From: Opitutaceae bacterium
GTDB taxonomy: Bacteria; Verrucomicrobiota; Verrucomicrobiia; Opitutales; Opitutaceae
Assembly (NCBI GenBank): GCA_023269455.1
Contig: JAHFTG010000001.1
Coordinates: 1-36,943, forward strand
Length of the DNA stretch: 36,943 bases
Reading direction: 5' to 3'
The notes under the pieces were generated by a model. That model ran no database searches and was not told where the DNA came from. It saw only the letters and a program-made list of their open reading frames with translations. Made by a program: the position numbers and the translations under genes. Positions 9,342 through 17,497 of the stretch are shown here, in pieces; the stretch's first letter is position 1; every line of letters starts with the position of its first letter.

Positions 9342-9950
9342 CTAGGGCGCAACCACCGTGGAGGGCTGTTTGACGAGGCGCAGTTTATCGGAAAGCCGGG
9401 CGGCCAGCTTCACCAGTGCGGGATCGGAAGCCTTGCCCATTTCTTCAAGGATCGGGCTCACCACATCGCTTTTCATCTGGGAAATAATTTTCACCACCGT
9501 GGCCTCGTCCATCTCGTGCATGATATTTACCACAGCCTTGGGAGCTACCGCGCTATAAGTCTTGGCGAGAATCTTGAGGTTCTTGATTTCGTCTTCGCCG
9601 AGTTCGGTCATTTTTCCACTGATCTCGACGCGCAGCGCTTCGATCTGCTGCCGGGTTTTCTTCAAGGCGTCCTGATCCGCCGCGAGACGCTCCTCGCGGA
9701 TTTTCAATGCCTGCTCGCGGGCGACCACGGCGGCATTCCGGTCCTTCAGCTCAGAAGCAAGATTCTCGATCTCCAACGTCCAAAAATCCCACGGCTTGGC
9801 CGGGCGCTCGTCGGCGGCAGCGGCGGCCTGCGCCGCCTGACTCGCCTTCACCAAGGCGCTTGCTTCAAACCAGAAAAAGCCAAGGCCCGCGCCAAGGCCC
9901 AAAACAAAAGCCAATATGGACAGCACAAGGGGGCTTGAGAATAATTTCAT
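9342..9950 (-). CDS. MotE/YlxF/FlbB-like membrane-anchored flagellar protein
   Basis: N-terminal TM, coiled coil, C-terminal MgtE_N-like helical repeat (LAKTYSAVAPKAVVNIMHEMDEATVVKIISQMK). Sits between fliJ and fliK, as ylxF/flbB do. Confidence 0.75.
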   Translation of the reverse strand: MKLFSSPLVLSILAFVLGLGAGLGFFWFEASALVKASQAAQAAAAADERPAKPWDFWTLEIENLASELKDRNAAVVAREQALKIREERLAADQDALKKTRQQIEALRVEISGKMTELGEDEIKNLKILAKTYSAVAPKAVVNIMHEMDEATVVKIISQMKSDVVSPILEEMGKASDPALVKLAARLSDKLRLVKQPSTVVAP

Positions 9951-9973
9951 AAAATCCGGAAGGGCGGCTTAGT

Positions 9974-10417
9974 TTAACTCGCCCGGGCCAAAAGCGCGTT
10001 GGTGCGGTCGTCGAGCAAGGCCTGCTCCTCGCGCTCGAGATCGCCGCGATGCGCGGTGCGGGCCTTCAGTTCCAGGTTTTCAAGCAGGCGCACATCGCGG
10101 CGGGCTTCCAGCCACACCAGACGACAGCGCTCCATCTCGACCCTGGCCTGCTCCACGCCTTTCACGGCGGCGATCTCGCACACCGTTTCACGATGGTGCG
10201 CCTGCAGGAACGCCACCTGATCGGATGGGCGGAACGTTTTGGCGCGTTCGTTGCGCAGGATTTCCTCAAGCTCGGAGAGCCGCTTGCGGATCTCACCCAC
10301 ACGCTCTTCGGCGCCCACATAGGCATGCACCGCGGCGGAAAAAACCTCTCTCGCACGCTGCTCTCGCAACTCCCGCACCGTGACAACGGAGCGGAGCGGA
10401 AAACGGAATTTTTTCAT
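9974..10417 (-). CDS. fliJ: Flagellar export protein FliJ
   Basis: 147-aa coiled coil, MKKFRFPLRSV...REQRA, C-terminal LENL...EREEQALLDD; downstream of fliI. Confidence 0.9.
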   Translation of the reverse strand: MKKFRFPLRSVVTVRELREQRAREVFSAAVHAYVGAEERVGEIRKRLSELEEILRNERAKTFRPSDQVAFLQAHHRETVCEIAAVKGVEQARVEMERCRLVWLEARRDVRLLENLELKARTAHRGDLEREEQALLDDRTNALLARAS

Positions 10418-10453
10418 GATGATTAATGGAGTTGGTTATCTGCAGCTCTCTAT

Positions 10454-10468
10454 GCAAAGCGGGTGCCA
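10454..10468 (-). promoter_or_regulatory. sigma54 (-24/-12) promoter upstream of fliJ
   Basis: Minus strand reads TGGCACCCGCTTTGC(A), nearly the full consensus, 36 nt before the fliJ ATG. Confidence 0.87.
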
Positions 10469-10562
10469 GGGTTTTCTCGTATTCTCATCAAGCTAATGAA
10501 CAGTTACTTAAATTTATTTTTAATCCTGCGTTTATGAATTTCGCCTGACGGTGCGAAGGCGT

Positions 10563-10577
10563 GGGAAAAATCTTCCG
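10563..10577. promoter_or_regulatory. Candidate enhancer site for the fliJ promoter
   Basis: GGGAAAAATCTTCCG, 94 bp upstream of the -24 element. Confidence 0.5.
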
Positions 10578-10591
10578 GGCAAGGAAAACGT

Positions 10592-11914
10592 TTACCCGAC
10601 GATCTTGCTCAACGCGGAAAATGTATCGGCCCGCGGCACACATTCGTGAATGGACTGCTTCAAAAATCCATTCAGCGGGGCGTGCAGCGCGACGGCTTGG
10701 TCAAGGGCTTGGTTGCCGCCTTTTTGATAGGCGCCGATGGTGATGAGATCCTCGTTTTTACGGTAGGCCGCCAGGTGTTCACGGGCGCGGCCGGCGGCGG
10801 ATATCTCCGCAGGCGCGCACACGTCGTTCACGAGGCGCGAGACGCTTTCCAGCACATCGATCGCCGGATAGTGATTGGCGTGCGCCAGCGCGCGGGAGAG
10901 CACGATGTGTCCGTCGAGAATACCGCGCACCGCATCGGCCACCGGCTCGTTCATGTCGTCGCCCTCCACCAGCACCGTGTAGAGCGCGGTGATCGCGCCG
11001 ATTTCACCCGCGCCCGTGCGCTCGAGCAGACGCGGCAGCATCGCAAACACCGACGGCGTGTAGCCGCGCGTGGCGGGTGGTTCGCCCACGGCGAGGCCGA
11101 TCTCGCGCTGGGCCATCGCAAAACGCGTGACGCTGTCCATGAGCAGAAGAACGTTGGCCCCCGTGTCGCGATACGCCTCTGCAATGGCCGTGGCCGTGTA
11201 GGCGGCCCGCATGCGCAGCGGTGCCGGCGTATCGCTGGTGGAAACGACCACGACGGCGCGGGCGAGTCCCTCTTCGCCGAGATCCTTCTCGATGAATTCA
11301 CGCAGCTCGCGTCCGCGTTCGCCGACAAGCCCCACCACCACGACATCCGCCTCCGCTCCGCGAGCGATCATCGACAGGAGCGTGGATTTACCCACCCCGG
11401 AACCGGCAAAAAGTCCCACGCGTTGTCCGCGTCCGAGCGGAATGAAGGCATCAATGGCGCGCACGCCGGTGACAAACGTCTCTTTGATTCGCTTGCGCCT
11501 CAAAGGATGCGGAGGCTTGGAAGCCACGACATCGCCACGGCGGGTGATAAGCGGCCCGAGTCCGTCGATCGGCCGGCCCAGCGCGTCGATCACGCGGCCG
11601 AGTAATTGCGGACCGGGCACGGGCAGCGGTGGCAAATCACACGCCATGACTTCTGCGCCCGCGTGAAGTCCGGTCATCTCGCCGAGCGGCATGAGCAGGA
11701 CATGATGACCGCGAAAGCCCACGACCTCGGCAAGCCCGTCGAAATCGCCGCGATCAGAGCGCAGGCGGCAAAGTTCACCGAGGCCGACATTGGGGCCCTC
11801 GCTTTCGATGATGAGGCCGGTGACGCCAGTGACGCGCCCGAGGCGGCGAGCGGAGGGCAAAGCCCGCACCTGCGCCCGAAGGTTTTCAACAAGGTGGGGA
11901 ACATCCGTCTGCAT
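10592..11914 (-). CDS. fliI: Flagellar export ATPase FliI
   Basis: Walker A FAGSGVGKS, VGERGRE, Walker B LLLMDSVTR, GYTPSV, YPAIDVLESVSR. Confidence 0.98.
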   Translation of the reverse strand: MQTDVPHLVENLRAQVRALPSARRLGRVTGVTGLIIESEGPNVGLGELCRLRSDRGDFDGLAEVVGFRGHHVLLMPLGEMTGLHAGAEVMACDLPPLPVPGPQLLGRVIDALGRPIDGLGPLITRRGDVVASKPPHPLRRKRIKETFVTGVRAIDAFIPLGRGQRVGLFAGSGVGKSTLLSMIARGAEADVVVVGLVGERGRELREFIEKDLGEEGLARAVVVVSTSDTPAPLRMRAAYTATAIAEAYRDTGANVLLLMDSVTRFAMAQREIGLAVGEPPATRGYTPSVFAMLPRLLERTGAGEIGAITALYTVLVEGDDMNEPVADAVRGILDGHIVLSRALAHANHYPAIDVLESVSRLVNDVCAPAEISAAGRAREHLAAYRKNEDLITIGAYQKGGNQALDQAVALHAPLNGFLKQSIHECVPRADTFSALSKIVG

Positions 11915-11943
11915 GGGTATTATTATTTTAAAGACGAACGCCC

Positions 11944-12525
11944 TTAGCTTGCCGCCAACTCGCGCTGCAGCGTCTCAAGTTTTGAACTCAGCCGCGCATC
12001 CGTGACGCCGAAGCGGCTGCGCACCTGGCAGTCACCGGCCGAAAGCGCCGGATCGGCGGTCAACCGCAGCCCGGGATAATGCGAGGTCCAGGTCGGATCT
12101 ATTTTTTCAAGCAGCGCGGCGTCGCGCGGAGAAATGAGCAGCTCAAGATTTTCGCGCTCGGGATAGAGGGCCTCGAGCACTTCGCAACAATGGCGCTGGA
12201 CAACCTCGGTCGGCGGCTCGTAACCGGCGAGCAAACGTCGCGCGAGCTCGATGGCGAGTCCGGGCAACGCGGCCTGCACCTGCGCTATGATCGTCGACTC
12301 AACCCCGGCCAGACGGTCGAAGAGACCATCCTGCAAATGCTGCACCTCGTGGCGGAAATCGACGAGTTGCTGGTTGCCAATACCACGCGCGGCCTCGCCG
12401 CCCTCCTGATAGGCCCGCTCGCGAATCGCGGCAATCGCCCGTTCGTCGTAAGCGCTGGTGCGGCCCGCCACGGCGGCGCCGTTAAGCGGGCGATCAAACC
12501 GGACCAGTTGTTGAAAAACAGCCAT
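11944..12525 (-). CDS. fliH: Flagellar assembly protein FliH
   Basis: AYQEG segment; C-terminal LLISPRD...ADPALSAGDCQVRSRFGVTDARL; lies between fliG and fliI. Confidence 0.9.
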   Translation of the reverse strand: MAVFQQLVRFDRPLNGAAVAGRTSAYDERAIAAIRERAYQEGGEAARGIGNQQLVDFRHEVQHLQDGLFDRLAGVESTIIAQVQAALPGLAIELARRLLAGYEPPTEVVQRHCCEVLEALYPERENLELLISPRDAALLEKIDPTWTSHYPGLRLTADPALSAGDCQVRSRFGVTDARLSSKLETLQRELAAS

Positions 12526-12536
12526 AAAGATAATGG

Positions 12537-13592
12537 TCAGGTCACCACGCCGTCATCTTCACCACCCATGGAAATCGCGCCCTCTTCCTCAAGGCGGCGC
12601 ACCACCTGGATGATGGCATCCTGAGCGACCTCGACATCCTTGAGCCGCACGGGCCCGAGCATGCTGATTTCGTCGCGCAGGCTTTCGGCGGCGCGCTTGG
12701 AGATGGATGCGTAGATCTTCCCCTTCATCGCCTCGCTCGCCGACTTCATCGATACGGCCAGGCTGGACGACTCGACCTCGCGCAGGATGCGCTGCAAGTC
12801 CGGCGGAGACAGGCGGCCCAGATCCTCGAAGCTGAACATCTTCTTCTGTATGGCAGAGCCGAGCTGGGCGTTGCGCTCGCCGAGGCGGGCCAACAGGCCT
12901 TTGGACATCTCCTTTTCAAGGCTGTTGAGCAGATCCGCCACGGCGCGGACGCCGCCGCTGTGGTGAAACGTCGGGCGCATCTTGCTGTCGAGATGCTTGC
13001 CCATGTTACGAACAATCTTGCCGACCAACTCCAGCGAAGTGCTGTCGATGGTGCCGAGGCGCTCAATCACCTCTTCACGCAATTCCGGGGTGAGCAGGAT
13101 GAAAACCTCGGCAACTTTTTCCGCAGTGAGATAGGACAGGATGAAGGCGATGGTCTGGGGCTGCTCGCTTTTGATGAGATTGAAAATCTGGCGGCCTTCC
13201 ATATCCGCGATCTCCTTGATCACCTCGACGGTGGTGCCTCCCGCAGCCACTCCGACACGGCTAAGAATGGTGTTGGCCTTGTAATCTCCGCAGGCCTTTT
13301 GGAGCGTCTGCCGGGCGTAATCGAGGCCTCCGAGACTGGAGCCGATGCTTTCGCCGATGACAGGGGACAATTCCCCGATGGCCTGCTCACGCAACGATTC
13401 GGACACGATGGGGAAATTGCTCATCTCGCGGCAAAGCACCTCCACCTCGGCATCGTCGAAGTGTTTGAGCACCTCTGCGGCGGCCTCGGGGCCGATGACG
13501 ATGAGGAAGACTGCGAGCTTCTGCTGGCGGTTCAGTTTGCTGTAATCGACTGCGGGAGGGGCGGCGACAGCGGCGGGAGCGGGGGCGGACAT
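12537..13592 (-). CDS. fliG: Flagellar motor switch protein FliG
   Basis: QKLAVFL...GG, EQPQTIA, KMFSFEDL, LGPVRLKDVEVAQ. Confidence 0.98.
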   Translation of the reverse strand: MSAPAPAAVAAPPAVDYSKLNRQQKLAVFLIVIGPEAAAEVLKHFDDAEVEVLCREMSNFPIVSESLREQAIGELSPVIGESIGSSLGGLDYARQTLQKACGDYKANTILSRVGVAAGGTTVEVIKEIADMEGRQIFNLIKSEQPQTIAFILSYLTAEKVAEVFILLTPELREEVIERLGTIDSTSLELVGKIVRNMGKHLDSKMRPTFHHSGGVRAVADLLNSLEKEMSKGLLARLGERNAQLGSAIQKKMFSFEDLGRLSPPDLQRILREVESSSLAVSMKSASEAMKGKIYASISKRAAESLRDEISMLGPVRLKDVEVAQDAIIQVVRRLEEEGAISMGGEDDGVVT

Positions 13593-13604
13593 AATGGGAG
13601 TGGT

Positions 13605-15197
13605 TTAGTTTTTCTTTACCGCCATCCAGTCACGAAGTGCGCCGCCGACATTGGCGGGCTTGCGCTGGATGAGTTCGTTCAGAGCGTCGGCCGTGAGGGT
13701 GTTTTTACCCTGAAACGTGCGCGCGCCTTCCATCGATGTGGTGGAGAGGAGTTCCATGGGAACCGGCTCAGGACGCTGACGGCCCAGCATGCGCCAAAAG
13801 ATAAACAGGACCACGGCGGCGACCAGGACGGCGATGTATTTGCTGGCCGCATCCAGCCAGCCCTGCACGCGGGTCTCGCTTTGGATCTGCTGGATCTGCG
13901 TCTCGACGGGTTCCACCTGGAAAGGCAGTTCCTGCATGCTGACCAGGGAATCGGGCGTCTGGCCCGGAGCGAGTTTTAGCCCGAGTGCATTGATCACGAT
14001 CTGGCGCAAGGACTGGATCTCTTCCGTCGAGCGCGGCTGCGGCTGCGCGGCTGTGCCCGGCGCGGCTCCGGCGGGCACGACGGCGCGGCGCGGCGCGATG
14101 AAAACAGACGCCGTCAGGTTTTTCACCGTGCCTGGCTGGCGCGTGGTGCTCGTGAGCGTGCGGTTGATCTCGTAGCTGGTGGTTTTATTTTTCCGGTTCG
14201 TATCCGTGACGCTGGTGGGACGCGCAGGATCAGCGGGGGCCGCCCCGTTTTTATCGGGCGTATTGGCAACGACGCCCACTGCTCCGCTCGAACGTTGCTC
14301 GGTCGAATTGGATACATCCTCGGTCGAGGTCTGCGAACGCACGACCTGTCCGTCCGGATCGTATTTTTCCTGCGTTAGTGTGGTCGCCTCAGTGTCGATT
14401 TCGGCGGAGACACGCACGACGGCATTACCCACGCCCACGACGGGCAGGAGCATCGTCTCCACTTTCTTGGCGAAGTAATCTTCGACCTGCTGACGGTAGC
14501 GCATTTGCGACGAGGCGTTGGCAAGAGTCGGATCCTGTTTCAAATCTTCGGAGAGAACGTGACCGCGTTGATCGACCACCGCCACTTGGTCGGTCTGGAG
14601 GCCCTGAACGGCGTTGGCCACGAGGTTGCGGATGCTGTTTACGGCCTCGGGGTCCATCTGGCTTTTACTCAGCTCGACAAAGACCGAGGCCGTGGGCTTC
14701 ACGCCGGCGTCGGTGACGAGCAGGCGGTTTTCCGGCTGCACGATCATGACTCGCGCACTGCGCACGCCGTCGAGCTGGGAGATCGTGCGGGCGAGCTCGC
14801 CCTGCAGCGCTCGCATGTAGTTGGTGCGTTGCACAAAATCGGAGAGGCCGAACTGGCCCTTGTCGAAAATCTCGAAGCCCACGCCGTCACCGCTCGGGAC
14901 ACCCTTGCCAGCGAGGTCCATGCGCAGTTTGTAAACCTGGTCGGCGGGCACGTAAACGGTGCTGCCGCCGTTGGTGATTTTGTAGGGGATGTTCTGGGCC
15001 TGGATCGAGGAGATGATCTGCGCGGAGTCCTTGTCGGACAGCCGGCCGTAGAGGAGCTGGAAGTCGGGCTGGCGCGACCAAAAGATCACTGCGGCAAGAC
15101 CGCCAGCCACCACGAGCGCGGCGACCGCAAGCGATACGCGCTGGTTGAGGCCGAGTTGGGTCCAAAGATCGAGGAGGGATTGGCTGAAGGCTTTCAT
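13605..15197 (-). CDS. fliF: Flagellar MS-ring protein FliF
   Basis: Two TM helices, GFEIFDK...FVQRTNYMRALQGELARTI, KPTASV. Confidence 0.98.
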   Translation of the reverse strand: MKAFSQSLLDLWTQLGLNQRVSLAVAALVVAGGLAAVIFWSRQPDFQLLYGRLSDKDSAQIISSIQAQNIPYKITNGGSTVYVPADQVYKLRMDLAGKGVPSGDGVGFEIFDKGQFGLSDFVQRTNYMRALQGELARTISQLDGVRSARVMIVQPENRLLVTDAGVKPTASVFVELSKSQMDPEAVNSIRNLVANAVQGLQTDQVAVVDQRGHVLSEDLKQDPTLANASSQMRYRQQVEDYFAKKVETMLLPVVGVGNAVVRVSAEIDTEATTLTQEKYDPDGQVVRSQTSTEDVSNSTEQRSSGAVGVVANTPDKNGAAPADPARPTSVTDTNRKNKTTSYEINRTLTSTTRQPGTVKNLTASVFIAPRRAVVPAGAAPGTAAQPQPRSTEEIQSLRQIVINALGLKLAPGQTPDSLVSMQELPFQVEPVETQIQQIQSETRVQGWLDAASKYIAVLVAAVVLFIFWRMLGRQRPEPVPMELLSTTSMEGARTFQGKNTLTADALNELIQRKPANVGGALRDWMAVKKN

Positions 15198-15243
15198 GAA
15201 CGCTTAATGGAGAAACGAAGGAGAGTGATAGAAATTCGTGGGA

Positions 15244-15600
15244 TCATGCCGGCATGCGCATGAGCTCCTGGTAGGATTCAACTAGCTTGTTGCGGACCTC
15301 GACCATCAGCTGGAAAGCGACGCCGGCTTCCTGCATCGCGATCACGCTTTGGTGAAGCTGGTTGTTCTGGCCGGTCAAAACGGAGCGGGTGACGTCCTGC
15401 GCCTCGTGTTGTTTCGCATCGACGGCCTTGATCATCTGGTCGAACACGCTGCCAAAATCGGCAGGCGTGGTCGCGGGTGCGCCCGCCGGTGAATCGATCC
15501 GAATCGGGGTAGGAGCGACGGGGGCGCCCGCTTGCGTCGCGCCGGGCAGACGCTGCGTAAGCGCCGAGGGGATGTTTCCGATGGAGCCGATGAGTGACAT
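15244..15600 (-). CDS. fliE: Flagellar hook-basal body protein FliE
   Basis: C-terminal LHQSVIAMQEAGVAFQLMVEVRNKLVESYQELMRM. Confidence 0.96.
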   Translation of the reverse strand: MSLIGSIGNIPSALTQRLPGATQAGAPVAPTPIRIDSPAGAPATTPADFGSVFDQMIKAVDAKQHEAQDVTRSVLTGQNNQLHQSVIAMQEAGVAFQLMVEVRNKLVESYQELMRMPA

Positions 15601-15629
15601 GACAGTTTATGGATGTGCGGGCGGGCGGA

Positions 15630-16049
15630 TTACTTGCCCATGTCCAGGGTTTTCATCGCCATCTGTTTGGCATTTTTGACCACGGAGAGATTGGCTTCGT
15701 AGGCGCGCGAGGCGGTCATGAGATCGACCATTTCGAAGGCGAGATTCACGTTGGGCATCTGCACCGTGCCATCCGCGCCTGCGTCCGGATTCTGCGGGTC
15801 GTAGATTTTCTGGCCGGGTGTCGGATCCGAAGTGATCCCGGCGACTTTCACGCCTTGCAGCGCAACGCCCTCCTGTCCCTGGTGCTGGAGAAGTTCGGTT
15901 TCAAAGGAAACGATGCGGCGCTGGTAGGGCTGGCCGTCGGGGCCGCGCGTGGTCTGGGCGTTGGCAATGTTCTGGGCGACGATGTCGAGACGGGTTTTTT
16001 GCGCGTTGAGCGCACCTGCGGTGATGTCGATTCCGGAAATAAGGTTCAT
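15630..16049 (-). CDS. flgC: Flagellar basal-body rod protein FlgC
   Basis: RLDIVAQNIANAQTT...PYQRR, PNVNLAFEMVDLMTASRAYEAN. Confidence 0.98.
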   Translation of the reverse strand: MNLISGIDITAGALNAQKTRLDIVAQNIANAQTTRGPDGQPYQRRIVSFETELLQHQGQEGVALQGVKVAGITSDPTPGQKIYDPQNPDAGADGTVQMPNVNLAFEMVDLMTASRAYEANLSVVKNAKQMAMKTLDMGK

Positions 16050-16081
16050 GAGGAGAAGTCGGAAAGATTGGCCGAAGAGCG

Positions 16082-16465
16082 TCAGGATACGTTCCCGGTG
16101 ATCGCCATGCGGAGTTGCTTGATGTTGTTGCTCACGAGATCGGTGAGGAACGAGTGATCGACGGTGTTGCGGTTCATCTCGAGCAGCTCGCGATCGAGTT
16201 CGACGGTGTTGCCATCCGGACGCATGCTCCGGGCGTTGGCATCCTCCGCGAGATGCGGCTGCAATTCCTGGACGGATTTCATGTCACCCGAAGCGACGAG
16301 AGAACGGAGCTGGCTCGCGAAATCGGTGGCGACGTCCAGACGCCGGTAACCGGGGGTTTCGGAATTCGCGATGTTTGAGGCGATCGCTTCCTGTCTCAAA
16401 ACCGACGCATCGAGGAGCTTTCTCGCGAGCTGGTAGTTTTGGGACTGAAAGATCGGATCGACCAT
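16082..16465 (-). CDS. flgB: Flagellar basal-body rod protein FlgB
   Basis: RQEAIASNIANSETPGY, RPDGNTVELDRE. Start moved to the ATG at 16465 (MVDPIF...), because the ORF-track extension would cross the promoter. Confidence 0.96.
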   Translation of the reverse strand: MVDPIFQSQNYQLARKLLDASVLRQEAIASNIANSETPGYRRLDVATDFASQLRSLVASGDMKSVQELQPHLAEDANARSMRPDGNTVELDRELLEMNRNTVDHSFLTDLVSNNIKQLRMAITGNVS

Positions 16466-16477
16466 GCGACGTCTATC

Positions 16478-16492
16478 GCAGCGCGCGTGCCA
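16478..16492 (-). promoter_or_regulatory. sigma54 (-24/-12) promoter of the flgB operon
   Basis: Minus strand reads TGGCACGCGCGCTGC (GG-N10-GC), only 12 nt before the flgB ATG. Confidence 0.85.
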
Positions 16493-16598
16493 CTTGATTT
16501 TAACGGCATGCAAGCAACTGGTTTCCAATTCGATAAATTTTTATTGGGCCGCATCTGCTGAGGACATTCCCCCTACCGATGAAATCACCGGCGGCTCT

Positions 16599-16613
16599 CG
16601 GCAAAAACTGCCG
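16599..16613. promoter_or_regulatory. Candidate enhancer site for the flgB promoter
   Basis: CGGCAAAAACTGCCG dyad, 106 bp upstream of the -24 element. An identical 15-mer occurs at 34948-34962. Confidence 0.72.
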
Positions 16614-16636
16614 CGACGGTTTTTCATGACTGCCGC

Positions 16637-16663
16637 TTTATTCGGGAGAGAACGCGCCGATAA
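16637..16663 (+). promoter_or_regulatory. sigma28 (FliA)-type promoter upstream of cheR
   Basis: TTTA-N15-GCCGATAA: perfect -10 box, weak -35; 9 nt before the cheR ATG. Confidence 0.65.
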
Positions 16664-16672
16664 GAAACGCAG

Positions 16673-17497
16673 ATGCTTGATCGCGATTACGAATTCATCA
16701 GGAGCCTCGTCTATGCCCACAGCCGGATTGATCTCGGCCCGGACAAAAAGGAACTCGTTTCCGCCCGGCTGGGCAAACGCCTCCGCGCCACGAGCATCAC
16801 CTCCATCAGCGACTACTGCCGTTTTGTGCAGGACGCGCGAAGCACCGAAGAGCTCGGGCACCTGATCGACGCGATCTCGACCAACCACACCTTCTTTTTC
16901 CGGGAGCAGGCGCACTTCGATTTTTTAACCGGCCACATCCTGCCCGAAATGGAAAAACGACGCGCATCGGAGAGGTGGCCGCGCTTCACGGTCTGGAGCG
17001 CCGCGTGCTCCTCCGGCGAAGAACCCTACTCCATCGCGTTGACCCTCGCGCAGTTTTTCAAAACGAACACCTCGTGGCCGTGGAGGATCGAGGCCACGGA
17101 CATTTCAAACAACGTCCTGCAAAAGGCACGCATCGGCGTTTACCGGGCCGAGACGCTCGGACAAATCCCCCCCGCGCTTCTCCGCGCCCATTTCCAGGAG
17201 GGCTTCGGCCCGCAGGCCGGTTACCACCGGGTGAAGCCGTCCCTCCAGGAGCACATGACCTTCCGCCAGCTGAACCTGCTCGGTGGCACGCTCCCCTTCA
17301 ACGAACCCATCCAGGTCATTTTCTGCCGCAATGTGATGATCTACTTCGACCGACCAACACAGGAGGAACTCGTCAACAAGCTCACCCAAATGCTCGTGCC
17401 CGGAGGCTACCTCATGGTCGGCCACTCCGAAAGCCTCACCGGCATCAAACACTCTCTGGAAACCGTGCGCCCCGCCATCTACCGGCGTCGGGCGTGA
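16673..17497 (+). CDS. cheR: Chemotaxis methyltransferase CheR
   Basis: ISTNHTFFFRE, VWSAACSSGEEPYS, ATDIS, IFCRNVMIYFD, GHSES. Confidence 0.98.
   Translation: MLDRDYEFIRSLVYAHSRIDLGPDKKELVSARLGKRLRATSITSISDYCRFVQDARSTEELGHLIDAISTNHTFFFREQAHFDFLTGHILPEMEKRRASERWPRFTVWSAACSSGEEPYSIALTLAQFFKTNTSWPWRIEATDISNNVLQKARIGVYRAETLGQIPPALLRAHFQEGFGPQAGYHRVKPSLQEHMTFRQLNLLGGTLPFNEPIQVIFCRNVMIYFDRPTQEELVNKLTQMLVPGGYLMVGHSESLTGIKHSLETVRPAIYRRRA

Noticed and set aside
513-15263. Many 200-340-aa plus-strand ORFs across the flagellar operon
   Set aside because: They are antisense to well-supported flagellar genes and have the Arg/His/Gly-rich composition typical of non-coding frames.
1-16465. Non-flagellar type III secretion system
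   Set aside because: Rod, hook, hook-cap, FliL, FliM and FliE genes mark it as flagellar; no secretin or needle genes are seen.
16975-17493. 561-aa ORF suggesting a long N-terminal extension of CheB
   Set aside because: The first 173 codons are an alternative frame of cheR with no recognisable domain. The GTG at 17494 overlapping the cheR stop gives a normal CheB.
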